Shown here in pieces: positions 55,801 to 64,000 of a DNA stretch of 64,000 nucleotides. The notes below the pieces were generated by a model that did no database searches, was not told where the DNA came from, and worked only from the letters and a program-made list of their open reading frames with translations. The stretch comes from an uncultured delta proteobacterium (GTDB taxonomy: Bacteria; Desulfobacterota; Binatia; UBA9968): contig CAWFJP010000008.1 in NCBI GenBank assembly GCA_963816145.1, forward strand, positions 1-64,000. Reading direction: 5' to 3'. The position numbers and the translations under genes were made by a program. Every line of letters begins with the position of its first letter. The stretch's first letter is position 1.

Positions 55801-56056
55801 GGCGGTCAGCCTTTACTTCAGCCCTAGCTTTGGTGATCTCCGCGTCAACGTCGCTTTGACGGACGTTCTTTGTCCGGTTTTTCATCCGGCGCAACAGCTT
55901 TTCGAGTTCATCGCGCCACTCCTTCTCCGCATACATGCGAAGCGTGACGCGAGACTTCTCTTTCAATCGCAAAGGTTGAAGCGGTCTGAGGACACCGTTT
56001 TCAAAAACCGCGCGAATAGTCCGTTCTGGGGGACGTTGTGGTTTCCGCAGTGCCAT
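55778..56056 (-). CDS. DUF104/AF2212-like antitoxin
   Basis: TIRAVFENGVLRPL.PL.L.E...V; overlaps the PIN gene start. Confidence 0.85.
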   Translation of the reverse strand: MALRKPQRPPERTIRAVFENGVLRPLQPLRLKEKSRVTLRMYAEKEWRDELEKLLRRMKNRTKNVRQSDVDAEITKARAEVKADRRAVRRSA

Positions 56057-56231
56057 GAAAACGATTATAACGGCGATCGAAGAAATGAGTCAACGGCAAT
56101 GGCTACATCGCTGGTAGAATCGTTATTAGAGTCCAATGGAAAGCATCCTGGCGCGGTTAGATCGGGTGACAATGTCAAAAAACGCAAAGCGACAGGGCAA
56201 AGAGCCAAGGACAACAGACTGGAGAAATCAA

Positions 56232-57203
56232 ATGAGAACCAACGTCATGCGTCTTACGCTCTGCGCTTTGCTCTCTGCGTTTAGCGTTTCCGCTCAAGCG
56301 CAGCAGCCGACGATGGGATTTAAGGTTGGGTGGCTGAGGACCGCTTCCTCACCAGCACCAGAGTCGTTCCGGCGAGAGCTACGCGCGCTCGGCTACATCG
56401 AGGGAAAGAACATCGCTATCGAATATCGATCCGCCGAAGACAAGCCGGCTCGGCTGCCGGCCTTGGCTGAAGAGTTGGTGCGTCTCAGGGTTGATGTGAT
56501 TGTCACATCTTCGACTTCCGCTGCGCTTGCCGCCAAAAATGCAACCAGAATAATTCCCGTCGTCTTACTCGGAGTAACTGATCCAATCGCTGCCGGGTTG
56601 ATTGATAGCCTGGCACGGCCTGGGGGAAATATTACGGGGTTTACCACTATTGCGGAGGTTTTGGCGGGCAAACGACTGGAGTTACTCAAGGAAACGGCTG
56701 CCAACATTTCTCGCGTTGCGTTTTTGTGGAATCCAACCGATGCGGCATCTGCGCAACAATGGAAAGAAAGCCTACACCCGGCACGAGAACTGGGATTGCA
56801 GCTTTATTCCATGCAGGTAAGCAGTGCTGACAAATACGAAGTAGCGTTCAAAGACGCTATGAAGGCGCACGTCGTCGCGCTCGCGGTGCCTCAGGATGCG
56901 TTGGCTGCTTCACGTCGACAATTGATCGCGCGACTGGCGGCAAAGCATCGACTACCCGCGGTTTACCCCCGAGTGGATTTCGTCGCCAGCGGTGGCTTGA
57001 TGTCGTACGGGGCAGACCCAGACGAATCCTTCAAACGCGTCGCGGCAATGATCGATAAAATTCTCAAAGGCACCAAGCCTGCTGACATTCCGGTCGAGCA
57101 ACCGACGAAGTTCGAGTTGGCGGTTAATTTGAAAACCGCCAAGACTCTGGGGATTACAATCCCACCGATGGTGCTCACGCGCGCGACCAAGGTAATCAAG
57201 TAG
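56232..57203 (+). CDS. ABC_sub_bind substrate-binding protein
   Basis: Family motifs; GGAG RBS before ATG 56232. Confidence 0.9.
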   Translation: MRTNVMRLTLCALLSAFSVSAQAQQPTMGFKVGWLRTASSPAPESFRRELRALGYIEGKNIAIEYRSAEDKPARLPALAEELVRLRVDVIVTSSTSAALAAKNATRIIPVVLLGVTDPIAAGLIDSLARPGGNITGFTTIAEVLAGKRLELLKETAANISRVAFLWNPTDAASAQQWKESLHPARELGLQLYSMQVSSADKYEVAFKDAMKAHVVALAVPQDALAASRRQLIARLAAKHRLPAVYPRVDFVASGGLMSYGADPDESFKRVAAMIDKILKGTKPADIPVEQPTKFELAVNLKTAKTLGITIPPMVLTRATKVIK

Positions 57204-57223
57204 AATGAGGCGCGAGGACAACC

Positions 57224-57535
57224 GTGAAGAATCCTATTTTTGTAGTTTTCGGAGCGTTTCCCTTTTAGCTCTGTTCGGTCGTGTCGAAGCACAGCAGCCG
57301 GCTAAGATTCTTCGTATCGGCTACCCAGGAGTGGTTGGAACTGCATCGACGCCTAAGCCTCATGTTGACGCGTTTCTTCACGGGCCGCGAGATTCTCAAA
57401 GGCACAAAACCCGCAAATATTCCGGTCGAACAACCAACCAGATTTGAGTTAGTGATCAATCTCAAGACAGCGAAACGCATCGGCGTGGCAATGCCGCTGA
57501 ACTTCCTCGCGCGGGCGGATCGGGTTATCCGCTAA
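57224..57535 (+). pseudogene. Internally deleted ABC_sub_bind gene (head fused to tail)
   Basis: [14 protein letters not shown]...DAFLHG.R joined at ~57390 to [28 protein letters not shown]...ARADRVIR*. Confidence 0.85.
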
Positions 57536-57675
57536 GGCATAAGGGGTGAAGAGTAAAGCGACTCGGAGAAATGTTGGCTTGGACGGATAAACAAGTCGTC
57601 CGACGAAGGAAACGCAGGCTCGGTCTGAGCGGCGTCCTCTGATCAATGAGCGAAGGTTTTTCGATGTCGTTTGGG

Positions 57676-58134
57676 CTAAATAAACTCGGATGGGACGAGC
57701 ACTTCGAAGGCGTCGATCTTCTTCAGACGTTTGTCGTTGGTGATGAACAGGGTCGCTTCGCCTTGGATCGCCGCAGCGATTTGCAAAGCATCCGGCAGCC
57801 GAATGCCGTGGCGCGCCCGCACCAGAGCCGCAGCTTCGGCAAGCTTCTCGTCAATGGCTAACATGGTGAGCGTGGAGAAGGACTTCAAGGTGAATTTGAT
57901 TTCATCGACCAGGCCGTACTTTTTTTCAGCTAGAGGTTTGGCCAAAACTTCCGCCAGCGTGATGGTCGACGTGACCGCGTGCAAGCGATGGTTGCCCAAT
58001 AGTTCAAACACAGGTTCGAGAAGATCCGCGTAGGGCGCAACATCCTCGATAAAATAGATCAACGGCGCGGTATCGAGACCGACGATCCGGTGTTTTTCTA
58101 AAGTTCGGCGAAATTTAAGCGCGTTGCCATTCAT
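57676..58134 (-). CDS. VapC-family PIN toxin
   Basis: GLDT..LIY..E, TS.ITLAEVL..P, LPDALQIA.A, FITND. Confidence 0.9.
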   Translation of the reverse strand: MNGNALKFRRTLEKHRIVGLDTAPLIYFIEDVAPYADLLEPVFELLGNHRLHAVTSTITLAEVLAKPLAEKKYGLVDEIKFTLKSFSTLTMLAIDEKLAEAAALVRARHGIRLPDALQIAAAIQGEATLFITNDKRLKKIDAFEVLVPSEFI

Positions 58135-58361
58135 CGCGGAGTTTGTCGAGGTAGGCGTCGATCTTGGCGCGATCGCCCCAGGTGCCGTTACCGATGCCGC
58201 GCAACCGGGCCGCGGGGTTCTTGGGCTTCGGCCGCAGGATTATTTTGTCGCGCTCTACCAGCCGCGGCTAATTGATCGCCGGGTTTTAGTCCCAGGGCCT
58301 GGCGCATTTGCTTGGAGATGACGATTTGTGATTTCTCGTTTAGTTTTACTACGGTTTCCAT
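58115..58361 (-). CDS. AbrB/MazE-type antitoxin with a frameshift near 58262
   Basis: VKL.EK.QIVI.K..R.ALGLKPGD.L; second frame ends GIG.GTWGD...DAYLDKLRDEW. Confidence 0.8.
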
Positions 58362-58498
58362 ATTTGTCACCTGTTTTTGTCATTTGTAGGGTAAATTAAC
58401 AGAAATGGGTTACTTAAGCAACTTGCCACCGATAATAATGATGGGGCCGCTCGAATGGACCGAAGAAATTTGCGCAGCCGACCAGCTTGTGACCGTTG

Positions 58499-58560
58499 AA
58501 GCAGATCGGGGTAACCGTTAGCCAAATGTTCTGGCGAGAGCGGATAGAGTTTTACAGTAA
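58499..58560 (+). pseudogene. Orphan extreme 3' tail of an ABC_sub_bind gene
   Basis: AAGCAGATCGGGGTAACCGTT...AATGTTCTGGCGAGAGCGGATAGAGTTTTACAGTAA (KQIGVTV..NVLARADRVLQ*), then a TAAGGCG-type tract. Confidence 0.7.
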
Positions 58561-58746
58561 GGCGTGAGGGTGAATGGTAAGGCAACTCAGAAAGACTTTG
58601 GTGGGACGGATATGAGCTGAAAAGCTTGTCCTCGCTTGCTGTCTCATTCTCGGAACCATTTTTACAATTGCAGCGGGAACTTCGCCGCCGTATAGTCGCG
58701 CTGTTCGTGCGGACCGAACTGAGCATCCTGTACATGAGGTGCGGCA

Positions 58747-60435
58747 ATGTATGACTTGATCCTCAAAGGCGGACGGATTTACGACGGCTCCGGGTTGCCG
58801 TCGTTCAATGGCGATGTCGCGATTCGCGACAGCAAGATCGCGGCCATCGGCAGAATCAGCGAAGCGGCGGAGCGCGTGCTCGACGTTGGCGGTCTGGCGG
58901 TCGCGCCTGGGATCATCGACTTTCACACTCACTTCGACGCCCAGCTTTGGTGGGACCCGCTCGCTTCATCGTCGAATGAGCATGGGGTCACCACCGTGGT
59001 CACCGGTAACTGCGGCCTGACACTGGCGCCGTGCAAGCCGGAGAACCGCGACGCGCTGATCGGCACTTTCGTGCGCGTCGAAGCGATGCCGCGCGCGAGC
59101 CTGCAAGCAGGCATTCCCTGGGGTTGGATCAGCCACGGCGAGTATCTGAACGCTCTCGATCGCCAGCCCCTAGGCTTGAATGTGGCAACGCTCATCGGTC
59201 ACTGTGCGGTGCGCCAGCATGCCATGGGCGAAGCCAGCGTCGAGCGCGAAGCGACCGATGCAGAAATCACCGCGATGGAGGAACTGGTCCGCCAAGGCAT
59301 GGCGGCGGGCGCGTTCGGATTTTCGACCAACTCGAACCAGAGCCACTTCCGCGAGGACGGCAAGCCGGTGCCGAGCCGGTTTTCCAGTCTGAATGAAATC
59401 GCCCGGCTGTGCCGCGTAGTCGGCGAGAGCCAGCACGGCCTCGTGCAATTTACCCACGGCGCCTTCGCCACGCCCGAGCATGTCGCGCATATCAGCCAGT
59501 GGTACGACACGATTTTGCAAGAAACCCGGCGCCCCTTGATCGGCGAAAGCATCCGCCACCGCTGGAGCGAACCGGAACTGTGGCGCAAGCAATTGCACGA
59601 CGTCGAAGCGCGCGCCCGACAGGGCTACGCCGCCTACGCCATGACCAGCACGCGCCGATCGATGCGCCGCTGGTCGCTCAAAGACGGCACTCGTCTCGAT
59701 ATGATCCCAGCTTGGAAGAAGCTTACCGCGCTGCCGATTGCGGAACGCATGGAAAAACTCCGCGAACCGGCCGTGCGAACCGAACTGGCGCAGGAAACCG
59801 TCGAAGGCGATCCCATCGATTTCTCGCGGCGCTGGGATTTGATCGGCGTCAAAACAGTTGCTCGAAAAGCGAACCAGAAGTTTGAAGGTATGAGCATCGC
59901 AGCGATCGCCACAGCTCAAAAGAAATCTCCCATCGACGCTATGCTCGATCTCGCCCTGGCGGAGAATTTGGAAACTACTTTCGAAGATTCGACGACTCAG
60001 GGCGACGAGCAAGCGGTCAAAGAAATCTTTGCCAACCCCAACGTCCTGCTCGGCCAGTCCGACGCCGGCGCCCATGTCGCCAGCGGTAATCCCGGCTTCG
60101 GTTACGCAACCTTGATGCTCGCCTACTGGGTCCGCGAACGTAAATTGATGGCCCTGGAAGACGCCATCAAAAAATTGACTTTCTTGCCGGCGTCGATCTT
60201 CGGCATTCACGACCGCGGCTTGTTGCGCCGCGGCCTGGCCGCCGACATCTTCGTCTTCGATCCTGCAAAAATTGACTTAGCGGCGCCGCAGAAAGTGACA
60301 GACCTCCCCGAAGCCGCACCCCGTTTCACCCAAGGCGCCATAGGCATTCACTACACACTCGTCAATGGGAAAGTGTTGATGGACAACGGCGCGCACACAG
60401 GAGCGTTTCCGGGTAAGGTGTTGCGGAGTTTGTAA
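58747..60435 (+). CDS. N-acyl-D-amino-acid deacylase family amidohydrolase
   Basis: PG.ID.HTHFD, GVTTVV.GNCG, SDAGAH, DRG.L..G..AD..VFDP. Confidence 0.92.
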   Translation: MYDLILKGGRIYDGSGLPSFNGDVAIRDSKIAAIGRISEAAERVLDVGGLAVAPGIIDFHTHFDAQLWWDPLASSSNEHGVTTVVTGNCGLTLAPCKPENRDALIGTFVRVEAMPRASLQAGIPWGWISHGEYLNALDRQPLGLNVATLIGHCAVRQHAMGEASVEREATDAEITAMEELVRQGMAAGAFGFSTNSNQSHFREDGKPVPSRFSSLNEIARLCRVVGESQHGLVQFTHGAFATPEHVAHISQWYDTILQETRRPLIGESIRHRWSEPELWRKQLHDVEARARQGYAAYAMTSTRRSMRRWSLKDGTRLDMIPAWKKLTALPIAERMEKLREPAVRTELAQETVEGDPIDFSRRWDLIGVKTVARKANQKFEGMSIAAIATAQKKSPIDAMLDLALAENLETTFEDSTTQGDEQAVKEIFANPNVLLGQSDAGAHVASGNPGFGYATLMLAYWVRERKLMALEDAIKKLTFLPASIFGIHDRGLLRRGLAADIFVFDPAKIDLAAPQKVTDLPEAAPRFTQGAIGIHYTLVNGKVLMDNGAHTGAFPGKVLRSL

Positions 60436-60444
60436 CCGCTACAA

Positions 60445-60619
60445 CTAGTGTCCTGGTCCAGAAGTTCGCAAAACAAATCGGTCGGCCTCATATCGTCATG
60501 CCGGAGAAAGCCGGCATCCAGGTTCGCGATTTTCCTGGATTCCGGGTCGCGCTAGCTATCGCCAGCTTGCCCGGAATGACGGATGAATTATGTAGCGAAC
60601 TTTTGGGTCGGCACACTAG
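60445..60619. mobile_element. 175-bp MITE, family A, copy 2
   Basis: Near-identical to 5872..6046, same orientation, CTAG at both ends. Confidence 0.85.
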
Positions 60620-60737
60620 GTCGTTTAACACTCCGGGCGAGCTGCGCAAGCAACAGTCTCAAATGTTGGTTCGGTACCAATGCTACTTTTTAGATAGATG
60701 GGCCTCTGGCAGCAGCAGGAAACTGCCGGGAAGATGC

Positions 60738-61670
60738 TTATTCGATCTCCCGGACAAGACGGAATCCGAGCGCCCGAAACCGAGCACCCGCGCGGAAAAG
60801 CCCGCGAGACGATGAACGTGCATCTCCGATGTAACTACCACCGCGCCGCACACGCCCGTCGCAGTCGCCATTGTGTTCCTTTTCCCAAGCCGATCCATCC
60901 GACGGCGCTCCTTGGTAATTATCGTGCCAGCAATCCTGTACCCACTCCAATACGTTGCCGGCGGTATCGTAAAGGCCAAAGGAATTTGGCTTAAACGAAC
61001 CTACCGGTACGGGCTGTTTGCTTCCCCACCGGCTGTCGCAGCCAATACAATTAGCAAAGCCTGGCTTCTTCTCGTTGCCCCACCAATAGACGGTCTCGGT
61101 TCCGCCGCGCGCGGCATATTCCCACTCGGCCTCGGTCGGCAGCCGGTAGCGCTTGCCGGTTTGTTGCGATAACCACTCGGCATAGTCGACAGCATCGTAC
61201 CAAGAGACTCTTATCACTGGCCTGCGGCCCCGACCAAAACCTTCGTCGTCCGGTATTTGGCGGCTGGTTGCCTTGGCAAACTCGTTGTATTGATCAAAAG
61301 TGATTTCATACCGGCTCATTCCAAACGGTCTACTAATATGCACCTCGTGCACCGGTTGCTCATCTTTGGTGCCTTTACCCTGGATGTCGCCCATGCGGAA
61401 TCTGCCCGCAGGAATGACAATCATCTCAGGAGCGTCGGTTCCGTTTTTCAACCGGTCACGAAACACTTGTCCGGTTCTCAAACCAGGTCGCGCGGCCGAT
61501 GAAACGGACAGCGTTGGCAAAAGCCCTGCTTCCGGCTCGCCAACCAGCAGCAAGCCCGCTCCAAGAAGAACCATTGAGCCTTTGCCCACTAACATCTCAC
61601 TTAACCTTGTCTCTGGTACGGCATACGCCCGAGAACAAATCCCGCAGGGTTTGTTCGTAGAAAAAACCAT
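60738..61670 (-). CDS. Formylglycine-generating enzyme (FGE/SUMF1) domain protein (start uncertain)
   Basis: IPAG.F.MG, E.P.H.V, RLPTEAEWEYAARGG, N.FGLYD..GNV.EW, GFRL. Confidence 0.9.
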   Translation of the reverse strand: MVFSTNKPCGICSRAYAVPETRLSEMLVGKGSMVLLGAGLLLVGEPEAGLLPTLSVSSAARPGLRTGQVFRDRLKNGTDAPEMIVIPAGRFRMGDIQGKGTKDEQPVHEVHISRPFGMSRYEITFDQYNEFAKATSRQIPDDEGFGRGRRPVIRVSWYDAVDYAEWLSQQTGKRYRLPTEAEWEYAARGGTETVYWWGNEKKPGFANCIGCDSRWGSKQPVPVGSFKPNSFGLYDTAGNVLEWVQDCWHDNYQGAPSDGSAWEKEHNGDCDGRVRRGGSYIGDARSSSRGLFRAGARFRALGFRLVREIE

Positions 61671-61905
61671 TCACTTAGATTTGTAACGCCGTGCTCCGCC
61701 CAATATATTGCGCGTCGGTCCATTAAACGAAACCACTTCGCGGGCGGGGATTTAACCCCGCCCTGAAAAGGGGATGCTCGCCCCCTTTGGAAACCCCATT
61801 TAGTGTGCCCGCCTCAAGAGGCGGGTTAATGATAAAGTAGAGATGAAGCCTGAAGCCGGAACGTCCGCTTTTCTCTTCCCCGTTGGCGCGGCCTTTTCTT
61901 CGCCA

Positions 61906-62436
61906 TCATTCCTCCTTCTGGTAAACGCTGACCTCTATGGTGTGTCGTGAGTTGGCTATCAGCAGCTTGTATCGCATCGGTAGAGAATCGGACCGCGAGA
62001 GCAACGGAACATCGAAGATGAGATATCCCTGTCTGCCGGCTCCTGGATTGAGCGGCTCGCCTGCCAAAATAGCCTTGTCAGAACGCCTGGCGCGGATCGC
62101 GGTCACATCGGTTCTCCCGCGGGAATCTTGAAGAGTGAAAGCGGGGATTTGCCGAGGACTGTCAGAATTGTTGAAAATATTAATGTCTACGAAGAGGAAT
62201 ATGCCTTGGGCGATGGTCTCGCCACGCGGGTAGGATGCGGATTTACGGAAGAAACTGTCTTTGACCTGAATCAGAAAAGGTCCGCCAAGGTCCGAGTGTG
62301 GGGTCCCTCTATAAGCGGGATCATATACAGGGTCCAAATCGGGACGAGCTCGAGTGGGTTCCTGCGCTGTCGCTATAATTCCGATAGCAAGCCGTACTAG
62401 GATGACCACCGTCGATAAGACAGCAGCTTTCTTCAT
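61906..62436 (-). CDS. Secreted DUF4352-like protein
   Basis: G.FL.V...I.N.S......F.L.D..GR, LNPG....G.L.FDVP. Confidence 0.7.
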   Translation of the reverse strand: MKKAAVLSTVVILVRLAIGIIATAQEPTRARPDLDPVYDPAYRGTPHSDLGGPFLIQVKDSFFRKSASYPRGETIAQGIFLFVDINIFNNSDSPRQIPAFTLQDSRGRTDVTAIRARRSDKAILAGEPLNPGAGRQGYLIFDVPLLSRSDSLPMRYKLLIANSRHTIEVSVYQKEE

Positions 62437-62736
62437 GGCCCACCTCTTTCTTGGCGCTACTTACCACGCGCAAGGTAGGTGTGAAAAGCGAACCCTCCGA
62501 TTGTTGGAATTGTTTGAGTGTCTTGGGAAGCAGGTGTCGGACCGAAAGTGGACAGCGGAGATTCTGTTGACGGAGAATTCAGTTCAATCCTGGCACCATC
62601 GGTTGGTTATGCGATGGTTCACCTTGACCGCCCGCGCCATAACGGGCGTTGGCGGTGATTCTTTCAAGCAAAAATTCAAGCTATCACACTTCAGCGAGTT
62701 TCAGATGAGAGGGATTTCCTGGGAACGTCGCGCTTC

Positions 62737-64000
62737 CTAATCTCCAGTACGTTTCCAATCGCCGGTGCCGAACAGATCGCGACCGAGAAGCGTATAAAAA
62801 ATGCCGACCGTGTCTCTACTCTGGGTTGTCCTGCCTAGCTCGCGGGAATCCGAGTCACGCCGGGACAACTGATATCTTACCGAGACTGCATGCTCGCGAT
62901 GAATGCGCCAGGTGATCGATGCGTCGGCGCGTACGACGTTGTCGCGACGGCTATCGGATATATTTTTGACAAAGTATTCGCCGGCAGATAGGTCAAGGGC
63001 CGCCCGATCGCCCGCGATCAGCCGCAACGCCAAGTGTGCCTGCGGCGCACCGCCGTATTGATTCGCCTGCTCGTCGGAGATGCCATCAAGGTTACTGACG
63101 GCGGTGTAGCCGGCGCCCAGGAGAGCTGTTCCCTGCAGCCTAAGAAAATCGGAAAGTCGCCACTCGCCGGTCGTGCCGAGAGTGAGTGCCGTGCTCGCCA
63201 GGCGAAAAATCTGCGGCACCATATAATTATAACCGCCGTAGATACCCCATATACTGCGATAGCTGTTGCCGATATCGAAAGTGGTTCCCAACAAGAGTCC
63301 GCGAGACGAGAAGCTCTCTAAACCAATCGCGGTCGATAGAGCCGCCTGAAAGGTGAAGTAGTCGAAAGGACGTTCGTATGTGTAGCCGGGCTTGCCAGGC
63401 AAACCATAATCGAGGGCAAAATCCAAAAGGCCTTCATTGATCTTCTTCGATGTACCAAAGCCGTCTTGGGTCCCAAACGCGATTCCGACCTGCACCCGGC
63501 TGTAATACTCAGGATCCTTACTCGGAAATATACCCTTAAAACGTTCGCCGAAGGCGAGACGGTTAATGCCGACAGGCGGCGAGATTACCGCCCCCACGAG
63601 CTCGCGCAAAAAACTCGGTCCTATCTCCCGTCCGAGCCATAAGTTCGCCATGCGAAACAGCGCCTCGCCGAGGAAGCTGCCGCCGATTCCGCTACTGATC
63701 TGATCGTTTGTGGATGGCCGTTCGCGTTCCCCGGCTATCTCCCAGATCACGCTCGCGACGGAAGTGTAGCCCACACCTTCCCAATAACTCAACCCGGAGG
63801 CTCGCGCGAAACCATGGTACATGCTTCCTTTATAGGTGTGCCCCAGCTGATTGATCGCGAAGCTGTCACTGTCGGTCTGCCAGCTTCGGTGCAAGTTGCG
63901 TTCGATGGTCGAGAAATTGGTATTGTAATCGCAGCAGCCAAAGACGCCGCGGCTCATAAGATTCAGCCACAGTTCAAAGCCGAGGACTTCCAGAGTTGGG
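62737..64000 (-). CDS. DUF3943-domain outer-membrane-type protein, 5' end outside the window
   Basis: D.D.F..NQ.GH.Y.GS.Y...AR..GL, WE..GE...PS.ND; frame stays open to the window edge. Confidence 0.8.
   Translation of the reverse strand, partial: PTLEVLGFELWLNLMSRGVFGCCDYNTNFSTIERNLHRSWQTDSDSFAINQLGHTYKGSMYHGFARASGLSYWEGVGYTSVASVIWEIAGERERPSTNDQISSGIGGSFLGEALFRMANLWLGREIGPSFLRELVGAVISPPVGINRLAFGERFKGIFPSKDPEYYSRVQVGIAFGTQDGFGTSKKINEGLLDFALDYGLPGKPGYTYERPFDYFTFQAALSTAIGLESFSSRGLLLGTTFDIGNSYRSIWGIYGGYNYMVPQIFRLASTALTLGTTGEWRLSDFLRLQGTALLGAGYTAVSNLDGISDEQANQYGGAPQAHLALRLIAGDRAALDLSAGEYFVKNISDSRRDNVVRADASITWRIHREHAVSVRYQLSRRDSDSRELGRTTQSRDTVGIFYTLLGRDLFGTGDWKRTGD

Noticed and set aside
48669-58585. 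Classical integron
   Set aside because: No intI, and no convincing RYYYAAC...GTTRRRY attC sites between the genes.

Overview
The window joins two very different DNAs. Bases 1 to ~4028 are AT-rich and Bacillaceae-like (broken AEC transporter, DUF1450, chromate transporter, PadR plus membrane partner). They stop in the middle of a gene, which points to a chimeric or concatenated join. From ~4029 to the end the DNA is GC-rich; its gene content and repeat style suggest a Binatota/Deltaproteobacteria-like organism, which is an inference. This part holds: (i) a heavily frameshifted histidine kinase with ~11 GAF domains, preceded by a probable Acido-Lenti-1-like RNA; (ii) two arrays of ABC_sub_bind-type solute-binding genes interleaved with five antisense toxin-antitoxin loci and orphan 3' gene tails; (iii) eleven TctC/Bug paralogs with a single tctA-tctB pair, punctuated by eight copies of one palindromic element; (iv) two selenoproteins that the ORF track splits at UGA, a UGSC-family protein next to thioredoxin reductase and a GrdB-like subunit next to a GrdE-like subunit, each with a GGU-loop SECIS-like hairpin; (v) two MITE families and several inverted repeats built from 7- or 9-nt units. 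All calls come from reading motifs by eye; no searches were run.
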